The position numbers were made by a program, and so were the translations under genes. A stretch of DNA of 62,543 nucleotides, the filler included, from Chiloscyllium plagiosum (taxonomy: Eukaryota): NCBI RefSeq assembly GCF_004010195.1. It is 3 parts of one record of this genome, joined end to end, with 100 filler letters (N's around TTAATTAATTAA, not from the genome) between each part and the next. Parts side by side here need not be neighbours in the genome. Positions count along the whole stretch, not along the records: positions 1 to 31,808 come from NC_057710.1; 2 more parts are not named here. One strand, 5' to 3'. This document shows, in pieces, positions 13,384-25,460 of the stretch; within the stretch, counting starts at the first letter, position 1, and every line of letters begins with the position of its first letter. The notes under the pieces are model-generated. The model did no database searches, was not told the origin of the DNA, and saw only the letters and a program-made list of their open reading frames with translations.

Positions 13384-16300
13384 AGTGGTAGAACATAAAA
13401 CATTTCAGCACAATTCAGGCCCTTTGACCCTCCATGTTGCTCCGCCCCGTGAAACCAATCTGAAGCCCATCTATCCTACATTATTCCATTCTCGTCCAGA
13501 TGCCTATCCAATTACCATTTACATGCCCATAAAGTTGGTGAGTCTACAACTGTTTCAGGCAGTGCATTCCGTGCCCCTATCACTCTCTGAGTAAAGAAAC
13601 TACCTCTAACATCTGTCCTATATCTATCACCCCTCAATTTGAAGCTATGCCCCCTTGTGCTAGACATCACCATCCTAGGAAAAAGGCTCTCACTGTCCAC
13701 CCTATCTAACCCCTTTGAATATCTAATATGTCTCAATTAAGTCACCTCTCAACCTTGTTCTCTCAAATGAAAACAACCTCAAGTCCGTCAACCTTTCCAC
13801 ATAAGACCTTCCCTCCATACCAGGCAACAGCCTAATAAATCGCCTCTGAACTCTTTCCAAAGTTTCCACATCCTTCCTATAATGCGGTGACCAGAACTGT
13901 ACCCAATAATCTAAGTGCAGCTGCACCAGAGTTCTGTACAGCTGCAGCATGACCTCATGGTTCCGAAACTTGATCCCCCTACTAATAAAAGCTAACACAC
14001 CGTATGCCTTCTTAACAGCCCTATCAACCTGGGTGGCAACTTTGAAGGACCTGTGTACATGGACACTGAGATCTTTCTGCTCATCAACACTATCAAGAAT
14101 CTTATCATTCACACAGTACTCTGCATTCCTGTTACTCCTTTCAAAGTGAATCACCTCACACTTTTCTGGATTAAACTCCATTTGCCACCTCTCAGCCCAG
14201 CTCTGCAGTTTATCTATGTCCCTCTCTCACCTACAACATCCTTTGGCACTATCCACAACTCTACCTACCTTAGTGTCATGTGCCACCCATCCTTCTACAC
14301 CCTCATTCAGGTCATTTATAAAAATGATAAACAGCAGTGGACCCAAAACAGATCCTTGCAGTACACCACTAGTAACTGAACTCCAGGATGAACATTTCCC
14401 ATCAACCACCACCCTCTGTCTTCTTTCAGCTAGCCAATTTCTGATCCAAACCGCTAAATCACCCACAATCCCATGCTTCCTATTTTGTGCAGTAGCCTGC
14501 CATGGGAAACCTTATCAAACACCTTATTGAAATCCATATACATCACATCAATGGCTTTACACTCATTCACCTGTTTGGTCACCTTCTCAAAGAGCTCAAT
14601 ACGGTTTGTGAGGCATGACTTACCCTTCACAAAAATATGTTGACTATCCCTAATCAACTTATTCCTACTGAGATGATTATAAATCCCATCTCATATAACC
14701 TTTTCCAACACTTTACCCACAACTGAAGTAGGGCTCACTGGTCTATTATTACCATGGTTGTTTCTACTCCCCTTCTTGGACATGGGAACAACATTTGCTA
14801 TCCTCCAGTTTTCTGGTACTACTCCTGTAGACAATGATGACATAAAGATCAAAGCCAAAGGCTCTGTAATCTCCTCTCCGGTTTCCCAGAGAATCCTAGG
14901 ATAAATCCCATCCGGCCCAGGGGATTTATCTATTTTCACGCTTTCCAGAATTTCTAACACCTCCTCCTTGTGAACCTTAATCCCATCCAGTCTATTAGCC
15001 TATGTCTCAGTATTATCCTCAATGACATTGTCTTTTTCTAGTGTGAATACTGACGAAAAATATTAATTTAGCGCTTCCCCTATCTCCTCTGACTCCATGC
15101 ACAACTTCTCGCTAATATCCTTGATTAGCCCTAATCTTACTCTCATCATTCTTTTATCCCTTATATACCGACAGAAAGCTTTAGGATTTTCCCTGATCCT
15201 ATCCACCAACAACTTCTCATGTTCCCTCCTCGCTCATCTTATCTCTCTATTTAGTTTTTTCCTGGCTAACTTGTAACTCTCAATCGCCTTAACTGAGCCT
15301 TCACATCTCATCCAAACATAAGCCTTCTTTTCCTCTTGACAAGAGATTCAACTTCCTTAGTAAACCACGCTCCTGCACATGATAACCTCCTCCCTGTCTG
15401 ACAGTTATATACTTATCAAGGACACTCAGTAGCTGTTCCTTGAATAAGCTCCACATTTCTATTGTGCCCATTCCCTGCAGTTTCCTTCCACATCCTATGT
15501 ATCCTAAATCTTGTCTAATCGCATTGTAATTGCCCTTCCCCCAACTGTAGCTCTTGCCCTCCGGTGTATACCTATCCCTTTCCATCGCTACAATAAACAT
15601 AACTGAATTGTGGTCACTATCACAAAAGTGCTCATCTACATCCAAATCTAACATCTGGCTGGGTTCATTACCCAGTACCAAATCTAATATATCCTTGGTC
15701 CTTGTTGGACTGTCTACATACTGTGTCAGAAAATCCTCCTGCACACAATGGGAAAAAAAACCTGACCCATCTAAAGTACTTGAACTATAGTAGTGCCATT
15801 CAATATTTGGCAAATGAAGTCCCCCTTAACAACTACCCTGTCATTCTCGTTCCTATCCTATTCTTTCCTCTAAATCTCTGGAACTATTCGGAGGCCGATA
15901 GAAAGCTCCCAACAGAATGACCTCTCCTTTCCTGTTTCTAATTTCAACCCATTCTACCTCAGTTGACGAGTCCTCAAAAGTCCTTTCTGCAGCCGTAATA
16001 CTGTCCTTGACTAACAATGCCACACCCCACCTCTTTTACCATCTTCTCTGTTCTTACTGAAACATCTAAATCCTGGAACCTGCAGCAACCATTCCTGTCC
16101 CTGCTCTATCCACGTGTCAGAAATGGCGAAAGCATTGAAATCGCAGGTATCAACCCATGCTGCAGGTTCACCCACCTTATTCTGGATGCTCCTGGCATTG
16201 AAATAGACACACTTAAAACTAACTTCTTGGTTGCTGGTGCCCTCTTGTGACTCTGAAACCTTATTTCTGAAACCTCCTTGCTCTCAACCTCCTGTATACT

Positions 16301-16431
16301 CAAACTCTAGTTGGGTTCCAATCCCCCTGCTGAATTAGCTTAAACCCACCCGAACAGCAAGTTTCCCCTGGAGTATATTGGTACCCCTCTGGTTCAGCTG
16401 AAGACCATCCTGTTTGTAGAGGTCCCACCTA

Positions 16432-16655
16432 GCTGGAAATGTGTTGTTGGAAAAGCGCAGCAGGTCAGGCAGCATCCAAGGAGCAGGAGAATCGACATTT
16501 CGGGCATGAGCCCTTCTTCAGGAAACAACATTGAAGAAGGGCTCATGCCCGAAACGTCGATTCTTCTGCTCCTTGGATGCTGCCTGACCTGCTGCGCTTT
16601 TCCAGCAACAGATTTTCAGCTCTGATCTCCAGCATCTGCAGTCCTCACTTTCTCC
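16432..16655. mobile_element. 224-bp foldback PLE-derived mini-element with a 15-bp TSD
   Basis: TAGAGGTCCCACCTA at 16417-16431 and 16656-16670; inverted arms around a short spacer plus a unique tail ctctgatctccagcatctgcagtcctcactttctcc. Confidence 0.92.
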
Positions 16656-16790
16656 TAGAGGTCCCACCTACCCCAGAATGAGCCCCAATAATACAGGAAT
16701 CCAAAACCTTCTCTCCTGCACCATCCCTGTATCCACGTGTTCAACTCCTCTCTCTCCCTATTTCTCATCTCGCTAGCACATGACACAGGT

Positions 16791-16896
16791 GAAACATCAA
16801 TTTTCCTGCTTCTCTGATGCTGCCTGATGTGCTGTGCTTTTCCAGCTCCATACTCTAGACTCTGATTTCCAGCATCTGCAGTACTCACTTTCACCT
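16791..16896 (+). mobile_element. Short PLE terminal fragment inside CR1 ORF1
   Basis: gatgctgcctga..gctgtgcttttccagc...ccagcatctgcagtactcactttc. Confidence 0.8.
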
Positions 16897-17164
16897 AACA
16901 CACCAGAGGTAATAACTCTGTCCTAGCTCTAGCTCCCTGAATTTCTGCCTTAAATCCCCATCTCTCTTCCTATCAATGTTGTTGGTGCCCATGTGGAGCA
17001 CTACCTGGGGCTGTTCCCATTCCCCGCAAGGATCCCGAAAACACGATCAGAGACATCATGAACCCCGACACCTGGGAGGCAACACACCAACAGTGAGTCT
17101 CTCTCTTGGTCCCACAGAACCTCCTGTGTGTCCCCCTCACTATGGAGTCCGAAATGACAAATGT

Positions 17165-17365
17165 TGTTGATTGCCAGGAAAATGCCCATCTAGTTCACTG
17201 ATGTCCTTTCGGGAAGGAAGTAGCCATCTTTATCTGGTCTGGCCGACATCTGACTCCAGATGCACAGCAATATGGTTGACTCTTAACTGCCTTCTGGGCA
17301 ATTCGGGTTGGGCAATAAATGCTAGCCCAGCCAGTGATGCCCTCGTCCCATGGATGAATTTAAAA
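17165..17365 (+). mobile_element. Elasmobranch SINE fragment (SacSINE1/Deu-like)
   Basis: ccatctagttcactgatgtcctttcgggaagg...ggcaataaatgctagcccagccagtgatgccc; related copies at about 12340-12590(-), 28760-29110(-), 34810-35110(+), 49240-49905(+) and 54165-54460(-). Family name from memory. Confidence 0.6.
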
Positions 17366-17639
17366 AGTCCCTTTTTTTAAAAAGAATTCCTGTTAATAAA
17401 CATATATGTTGTACCCAACATCTGGACATAGACAGAAATATTTAGAAAAGCATGGCAACCATAGAAAAAAAGACCACTGCCCCGCATACAAGGCATTTTG
17501 TCTTTAGACGACATCGATGTGATTAAGTCTCTCGGGAGTTCAGAGAGGACTGTCTTCTCACCTCTGGAAAGTTTTCTAATTAAGTCTCTCAGGCCTCTGG
17601 AAGTTCCTGTTGTTCTGCAGATACATGCCCTCTCTAATT

Positions 17640-20100
17640 GGCTATTGTTGCCTTTTGAGCTGCTGTTGTCTCCCCCTTGGGTATGACCAACGCTGGCTTG
17701 GAGACAGATGACTCGGTCGATACCTCTGGTTCCATCTGGACCGGTTCAGTATTCTGAAGGACTTCCCTCCATTAGTGAGGTGTGATGACCAGCTGGCCAG
17801 TCTGCCTCCTCCAGACTAATTCATCCCTCGTCTGTACCACATATGGCAATGATCCTGTTTGAGCCACCACCAATGCTGGGATCCATTTCTCCCCAGATGT
17901 ACAATTCTGGGCCAACGTGATCTCTCCTCTTTGGAATACCCTTGACCTTGAGGTGCCCCCTCTGGCCATCTGTCCTTCTTGGTTTGGCTCTCCCATATTT
18001 CTGGTCTCTTCCAGCTGAAATAAGTCAAACATGGTTGTCAGCTGAGAGTTGAACATAAAGGACTTCGGCGATCACTGAGTGGTCACATGTGGTGTCTTCT
18101 TATACATGCTGAGGAACTTGTTGATTCACTGTCCTAGAGACCTCTCCATTCGTGAAGCCTTTGAGGCCTGTTTCATGGTTTGAACAAATCTCTCCTCCTG
18201 GCTGTTTGTCGCAGAGTGATATATGCAACCAATCTCACAACACATGTCTAACTCTGATTTTCCAGGTACTCCTTGAACCCTTGCACCACAAACTGTAGGC
18301 CATTGTTACACCTGAATAAAAACTGAAAGAACTGCAGATGCTGTAAATCAGAAACAAAAACAGAAGTTGCTGGAAAGGATCAGTAGGTCTGGCAGCATCT
18401 GTGAAGTTAATGTTTCAGATCCGGTGACCCTTCCTCAGACCCTCAGTTCTGGACACCTGCACTATCGGGCTTCTCTGCCTGTCAGTATTTGATCTCATAT
18501 GAGTAGGCCATTGACAGAGTCAGAGGCAATCTCTACAGGCGTGCTGCTGCCATTGACAGTATTCCTGTATATGGGCACAGAATGGAGGTTAGTGGTCTAT
18601 GGTTGTTCTGTGGCACGGAGTGTTTGTTGTAAAGGAAATGGGTGAATTTCTTAATGCTGAGCATGATGATCAATCCTTCCTTTTCCACTTGGACATAATT
18701 CTCTTCTGTCTTCGTTAATGACCTCAACATAAACATGATGGGTCTTTCCCCTACATTCAGTAAGATGTGTGACTGTACGACACGCTCACCCCCAAAGGAA
18801 GATGTGCAACTGCGTGGCAACTTGGTGTCAGACTGTGTTAATGCTGCTGACCTTTTCAAGGCTTGCTTCACTCCTGTAAGCCACCTCACATTCCTGAGTC
18901 CATTTGCATTGCTGCCCTTTTCCCAGCAATGAATATAGGTGTTTTAGCATGATTGTGCTAAGATCAAACATGAACTTGTCACAGTAATCTATAATTTCCT
19001 CAACTGAGGCTCATTCCCTGGTCTCAGGACTTTCATGATAGCCTCTGTCTTCTTGGGCACCTTCTGTAATCCCTCACAATTGACTACATGGCCTAAGTAC
19101 TCTATGGAGTCTTTTGAAAACTTGCATTTCTCCATTTTCACTTGTAGGCCGTGCTCCTGCAATCTTTTTAGGTTTCCTTCTAAATTTTTCAAAAGCACGT
19201 CTTTGAATGATCAATTAATCAAAGTATTGTCCAGATAACACTGTAATCGTGACAACCCACTTAACATCTGATCCATAGCCCTCTGGAATAGAGCCAGTGC
19301 TGACATGATGCCAAAAGGAAGTCACTTGTAATGGAAAAGACAGTGTTTGTCACTATTGTTAGTAATGGCTGAGATGGCTTCATGACCCCCATCTGTTAGT
19401 GGGCTTGCAACCAATCCATTTTTGAACATTTTTTTCTCTCTGCCAGTCCACTGAGTAGATTTTCTATGCGTGGAAGTGGGCTGTTGATCTGCATTCATGG
19501 TTGAGTTGATTGTGACTTTAAAGGCAACACAAATCTTCACCACATCATCTGTTTTTAAGACTGGAATGATGAGAGTTGTCCATTCACTGGTGTTTACTGA
19601 TTCCATCACTCATAGATTCACCATCCATTCAAGTTCTGCCTCCACGTTAGGCCAACATAGCTTTAGACCCCTATGATGAGCCTCTGGCTTCAGCAGTAAT
19701 TTAATTTTGACTCCTTTCATTTCCCCCAGGGTTCCTTTAAAGACATTTTTGTACTTGTCCAGGATCTCTTGAAAACTCATACTTGAGTCCCCCAACTTAT
19801 TAACTATACCCCAGCTCAACCTTAATATTTTAAATCAGGACTTTCGAAATAATGACAAGTATTGACCTTTTATTAATTGTGCGCATTGGTCCCTTAATTG
19901 TACTTTGACCAGTATATTTCCATTCAATGGCACCACTTGTTTCTATGTATGTCTGTAGTATAATCTTGGTAGGCTTCAACGATAGTGCCCTCAACTTCTC
20001 CTTATAGATAGATTCAGCAATCAGGGTCACTACTGCATCCGTGCTAACTTTCATTTTTACTATCTTCCCCTCTACTTTGCGAAGAACCCAGAAATGATCA
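17640..20100 (-). mobile_element. Decayed Gypsy/Ty3 LTR retrotransposon pol, inside a UT intron
   Basis: Protease-RT-RNaseH-integrase order: SEWTTLIIPVLKTDDVVKICVAFKVTIN; KCKFSKDSIEYLGHVV; GERPIMF..RSLTKTEENYVQVEKEGL; integrase C-terminus GEKWIPALVV..TGSLPYVV. Confidence 0.9.
18315..18452 (-). mobile_element. Short PLE-related insertion (hammerhead family B) with a 7-bp TSD
   Basis: ACACCTG at 18308-18314 and 18453-18459; minus strand reads CTGAGGA AGGGT CACCGG ATCT GAAAC ATT aact. Confidence 0.75.
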
Positions 20101-20478
20101 GTTACACCTCATACTGAAGAATAAAAGAAAGTGAATGCACTTTAATAATCAAATGTTCTTCATGAAGCTTTTCAATAGAGCTCCTGGGAGGAAAATACAT
20201 TAATAGGTGGAATTATTTCAACAATCTTCTAGAATGGTTAGATATTCTTTGCAGTTACCATATACTAAACAACCAGACAATGAAAGATGATTTCAGAATA
20301 TGAAATATTAAGGACTAGGTTCTCCTCTGATTCTGGTGACTTTCAAAAAGATTAAATATAATCTCCTCGTGTAAATAATAGTTTCACATATAAAAGTAAA
20401 TGCAGTAAAAAGTACTGTAATGTCTTCTTCAAAAAATAGTAATACAGTAATAAAATACATAATAAAAAAGAAAATTAC

Positions 20479-20668
20479 CTGTTCTGACTGAGCAGAAGTG
20501 CTGTCATGTTTGAGAACACCAATCCCACGAAGCCATTAAGTGCCCACCATCGATTTTGGAAAATCAATCCAACCAAAATAATTAACCCGCTCAAAGAGTT
20601 GTTGACAAACATCACTTGAGCAATCCCACGCAAATTCCAGTCAATAAATAGAAATATAACATTTTGCC
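20479..20668 (-). CDS. Urea transporter (SLC14 family) coding exon, 190 bp
   Basis: ttgtag|GG CAA...AAC AG|gtaatt; encodes [63 protein letters not shown], matching the UT motif FIDWxLRGxxQVxFVNN(P)xSG. 190 bp is the size I recall for the equivalent SLC14A1 exon. Confidence 0.96.
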
Positions 20669-22102
20669 CTACAATATTTTCCAAACAAAAAAAGGGTTAG
20701 AAGATCTACTTAGTGTTCTTCTAGTTCACCTAATATTTTTACTTTCTTGTACTATAAGCAATTTATACACCAACACTTCAATGATAAAATTATTAGTAAT
20801 CAAAATTGGGCATGTTTGCTACTACCTGAAACTAAAACATTGCAAACTGAAAATAAATCAAGACAAGCTATTGGTTTTTATAGCATGGACTACATACACT
20901 GGCATTACATTCAGTGGTAATCTCAGTGAAAAATTATAACCCTACCTTTCTGTCTGCTGTATTTATTCTACTGGTTGCAGCATGGATCCAATGGTGAAGT
21001 GAGTGGAGGGGCCTTTTGGCACAGTGCAATGCAGATAATGCTATTCCCCCAAGATGAAGACACACTCCTTGAGTGCTGTGTTCAGTTCAGTGCATGTAAG
21101 TGAACGGTAATGCTTTCTTATTTGTTGTAATGATAGCTACCCCACCTCTTCGCTCCAGGTTCCCAACCCACCAGAACTCTCCAAACTCACTCTTACCACT
21201 CCAACACCCTGGCTCTTCTCCACCTCTGCTCTTTGGAACAATTAATGGCAGAAACAGCATTTGACTTGTTTCTCTCCTCCTCCACCAAGTAGCTAAAATT
21301 GTATAGACGCACTTCTATATGCATACTGTGGCACTGGAATATGTGCAGTCTCTACCACTCCCAATGCCATGGGTGTGTGCCTGTCACCTGTTTACTGGTG
21401 CAACTCAGGAAGTTATCTGTTCACTGCTGCCTCAGTTTATACATTACCTTTCATTTGCCCATCTTCTAGCCCTCAGCTTCGCTCCCCCATCTGCAGTCCT
21501 ACTTTTTAATTTATAGAAATACCCTGGCCAATACACACTTCTCCTCTGTTCACAGATACTCCCGAAGATTTTCCAGTACTAGCCATTACTCCAAGGGTTT
21601 GCCGCTAACAATGCACTTTCTACTTGGGATGAACTTGAGACACTATCTTGCTTTCCACCCCATTCTCTCTTTGGCTGAATTAGTTGACCGTGGCTATCTA
21701 TTATATTGCTAGCTTTGATTTCACAGGCACTGCAAAAACATGTGTAACTCTGGCACCTTTTGTTATTGTGGCATCACTAAACTCAGTCTTGTTACAAGCG
21801 GTACATTCTTTCATAGGCTGTTGCTCTTCAGCCTGCCTGTAATTTTCCTCTTGTTGCTCAAATGCATTATTAGTGACCTTGGCTTGTTGTTCACGTTCAT
21901 CAATACTCTTCTTGCTGACATGGAATAATCTAGCGCTGCACACCTTGTTAACTACCATAGGCTATTTTACAAGGAATAATGTTATATAAATGTCACTTTA
22001 TAACTTAGTAAAATAGTTCCTGATAAATACATTACATTTTACATAAATCTTTTTTTTGTTTAAAGTTAGCAAAGACAATAAGCTCAGTTCTGTATTTCTT
22101 AC

Positions 22103-22250
22103 CTTTCAGCCAATCACCAAACCTTTTGACTTTATCAGGGAAGGTTATAATAAGTTGACAATTACATCTGACAATGTTTTTATTATGTTTTATGGCTGTG
22201 GTTTCTCCTCCGTGATTTTTTATTTGCTGCATGTGTTCCTTTGACTCCAG
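22103..22250 (-). CDS. Urea transporter (SLC14 family), N-terminal coding exon
   Basis: Acceptor ttttaag|CTG at 22251-22252; reads LESKEH-MQQIKNHGGETTAIKHNKNIVRCNCQLIITFPDKVKRFGDWLK-G (ATG at 22232); donor AAAG|GTAAG at 22102. The phase-1 G joins GG of the next exon to give [12 protein letters not shown]. Confidence 0.8.
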
Positions 22251-22749
22251 CTTAAAATCAAATTCAGAAGAGGTTTAAATAATCTTTAAAGTAAGCAAAC
22301 TGAAGCTATCAAAATACTCTGGAAAAGCTTACAGGCAATTGCAAAAAATGATGATAGTAATTTGAACTGTGAGCAATATCATGTAACTTTTACACTTGAA
22401 ATGTCTAAAGGATTCAATACAACCCAAAACTCTGTAGCAGTTGAGACAAAGAAGTATACAGAATTAAATGTATTGTTTTAAATCTAAAAATATCATTGAG
22501 TTAATATTTGATTAGACAAAGTTTTGAATTAAATTACCTTGGCCACGTTCAGTTTTTGGAAACTAAATCTGATAGTGATCACAATAAATGAATAACTGAT
22601 GCTGTTGATTGCAATGTGACATTAAGCAGGCTTCTCACTGCTTGTTGGTTTACATTACTGAAATGTTCCAGCTGCATTAACCATGCAGTTGTTTAGCCAG
22701 TTGTCTAAACAAAACACTACAGTTGTGACTGGGTAATGCCAGTAGCTTG

Positions 22750-23090
22750 GCATCTCTTAAAAGGGAAGATGCACTATGGTTGGGGCAGGTGCTAGGAAAC
22801 CTTTGTGAGCTGAGTATGGCCTTGCAGAATTAGAAGAATACCATATTATAGGATACTGGGTTGCAAAGTTTTCCAAAACTACTCAGATGGCCTTGTTGGA
22901 GTAGGTGTAAAGGAGGAGCAATGAACTATACTTGCAGGGGGTCTGGGAACTTACCAAATACAGGATCAGGAAGCATAGCGAGAAAAAGTTGATGCTGTTT
23001 AATGCCAGGAGTCAATCCCCTGGCAAGTGGATGCATCCATGCCGTTGCAAGAAGATCAATGACTTCACAAAATTTGAAGTTAGTAAATTT
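22750..23090 (+). mobile_element. Possible PIF/Harbinger Myb/SANT gene remnant
   Basis: NARSQSPGKWMH..CKKINDFTK resembles the Myb/SANT-like 'VNA.S..PRTW.QCRKKFNDL' segment. Confidence 0.4.
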
Positions 23091-23239
23091 ATCTTCAAAT
23101 ACGATATTGTATCAACTGCATCAGAAGCTTCACACATTGCTCAATTCATCAGGGATTCTTTGTCAATACCTTTAAAACCTGTGACCTCTACTTCCTAGAA
23201 GGACATAAACAGCAGAGGTAAGGGTGCACCACCTATGTT

Positions 23240-24570
23240 TATTCTTTATTATTCTCCCATTTAGGATACCTCTTGTCAAGAGCTTTGCTGAAATCCATTT
23301 AAACTACATCGAGGCACAACACTGATTCACATGCCGGGTCATCTTCCCGAAACTTTCAATCAAATTTGTGAGGCAAGAAAAGGCCATGCAGACTATCTCT
23401 GAACAAACCTTGCCTCTCCAAGTGGAGATTCATATTCTCCCTCAGAATTTTCTCCAGTAGTTTCCCTAATACTGATATGAAACTCACAAGTCTGTAGTTC
23501 CCTTGTTGATCTCTAGTAACCTTCTTGAAAACTAGAACCACGTAAGCTGTCCCCCATTCCTCTGGCACCTCCCCTGTATTCTGTATCTACATCCAATTTC
23601 TCCAAAATGAAGAACTTGTTTGACACCGTGCCATGCTCCATGCTGGTGGTCCTCTTGGTTCCTAATGCGCTCCAACCTTTTCCTGGTTATCCCCTCTTCC
23701 CCTTGATATGTTAATAGAATATCTTGGGATTCTCACTAATTTCACCCACCAGTGTTTTTTCATACCCCCCCCTTTGCTCTCCTAATTGCTTTCTTAGATT
23801 TCTACACTCCACTAGGGCCTTTGTTGATTTGCTCTTCTTTTTATATCTGCTAAAAGCATTTCTTTTCATTTTTATCCAGTCCTGAATATTCTTAGTCATA
23901 AAGGATTCTCTAGGCTTTTTTTGCCTATATTTCACTCTAACAAATACATGTTGGAGCTGTACCCATGCCAAATCAATTTTGAATGCCCTCCACTGTTCTG
24001 CTATAGATATATCCAGACGTAGCTTATCTCAGCCTATTTTGGCCAGATCCTGCCTTAGTTTAATAAAATCTGCCTTCCCCAATCCAACACCCCTTTTGGC
24101 AGACAATCTTTTTTCTTTTCATAACTAACTTAAAACTTATGGTGTTGTGGTTGCTATCACTAAAATGCTCTCCTACTGTCACCTGAGTCATCTGTCCAGC
24201 TTTATACCTAGAATTAGGTCCAGCACTGCACCTAGTAAATACATCTTGTTGGACCTTGTACATGTTCATATAAGATCATAATACCATAAGACATAGGAGC
24301 AGAAATTAGGCCATTCAGCCTATTGAATCTCCTACAGCATTTAGTCATAGCTGATAGGTTTTTCAATCCCATTTTCCCGCTTTCTCCCTGTAACCGTTGA
24401 TCCCCTTGGCAATCAAGATCTTATTTATCTCTGTTTTAAATGCTCAATGACTTGGCCTCTAAAAAGCTCTCTTGAATATATTTCAAGAAATTTGTGCCGT
24501 TCTAAACCCTTTACACTATGATTACCTCAATTAATACTGGAGAAATTTAAATCCCCTGATATAATTAGAC
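23240..24570 (-). mobile_element. CR1 ORF2 fragment (APE to RT) with a nested CR1 3' tail at about 24270-24460
   Basis: GEHFSDSNHNTISF; ISENPKIFY; PEEWGTAYVVLVFKK...GNYRLVS. Confidence 0.85.
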
Positions 24571-24589
24571 TTAGAAGAAATGGGAAGGG

Positions 24590-25460
24590 GAGCAATGTCA
24601 AGTCAGAATGCAGATGATGTGAAGATTGGCTGGGTGGTTCGCAATGAGGAATAAGTCTTATTTTACTGGACAATATAATTGGATTGGGCAGATATGGAGC
24701 TCAGTAGCAGATGGAATTTAACCCTGAAATGTGTGAGGTGATGCACTTTCGAAGAAGGAACAAGACAGTGGACCATTCAGTGAATGACAGGACACTAGTA
24801 AGTTCAGAGGAACAGAGGAATCTTGGGGTGTTTGTGCACAGGTCCCTGAAGGTAGCAGGGCAAGGTGATAGGGTAATTAAGAAGGCATATGGAGTACTTG
24901 CCTTTATCAGTCAAGGCATAAATTATAAGAATAGTGAGGTTATATTGGAACTGTACAAAACTTTGGTTAAGCCATAGTTGGAGTACCGTGTGCAGTTCTG
25001 GCCACCTTACCATAGACAGGATATGATTGTAACAGAAAGTATATTGAGGAAATTCACAGGATGTTGCCTAGGATTGGGCATTTTAGCTATTAAGAAAGAT
25101 TGGACAGATTGACATTGTTTTCTTTACAGCTGAGGGGTCATGATTGAGGTGTATAAATCAGGAGAGGCATGGACAGAGTGGATACAATGTAACTGTTGCC
25201 CTTAGCTGAAGGGTCAATAATTTTAAGGTGAAGGGGACATCATTTTAAAGTAAAAGGCAAGATGTTTAGAGGAGATTAACCCAGAGTTTTGTGGGAATCA
25301 GGAATGCACTGCTGGGAAGGTAATTGAGACAGGAAACCTCACAACATTTAAAAAGATACTTGGTTGAGCAATTGGCCATGTGCGGGAAATTGGGATAGCA
25401 CAGATAGGGCAATGTAGCCTTGATGGGTCAAAGGGCCTGATCTGTGCTGTATGGCTATAA
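24590..25460 (+). mobile_element. CR1 RT C-terminus and 3' end
   Basis: MEFNPEMCEVMHF...QRNLGVFVHRSLKV. Confidence 0.9.

Larger units (their letters stand above)
13389..17145 (-). mobile_element. Long decayed CR1 LINE: ORF1 SGNH esterase, APE endonuclease and RT
   Basis: VCCLPG and GRWDL esterase remnants (16300-17145); APE LDLVLGNEP...[18 protein letters not shown]. Interrupted by PLE-derived inserts. Confidence 0.93.

Noticed and set aside
16432..16655. Palindromic repeats as a CRISPR array, MITE or pre-miRNA
   Set aside because: There is no repeat-spacer array. TSD lengths vary (11-15 bp), the tail is asymmetric and the sequence matches the termini of an RT/GIY-YIG element, pointing to PLE origin.
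17385..17420. Possible LTR end (AATAAA...CAACA) next to the Gypsy pol
   Set aside because: The orientation conflicts with the minus-strand pol and I found no partner LTR, PBS or TSD.
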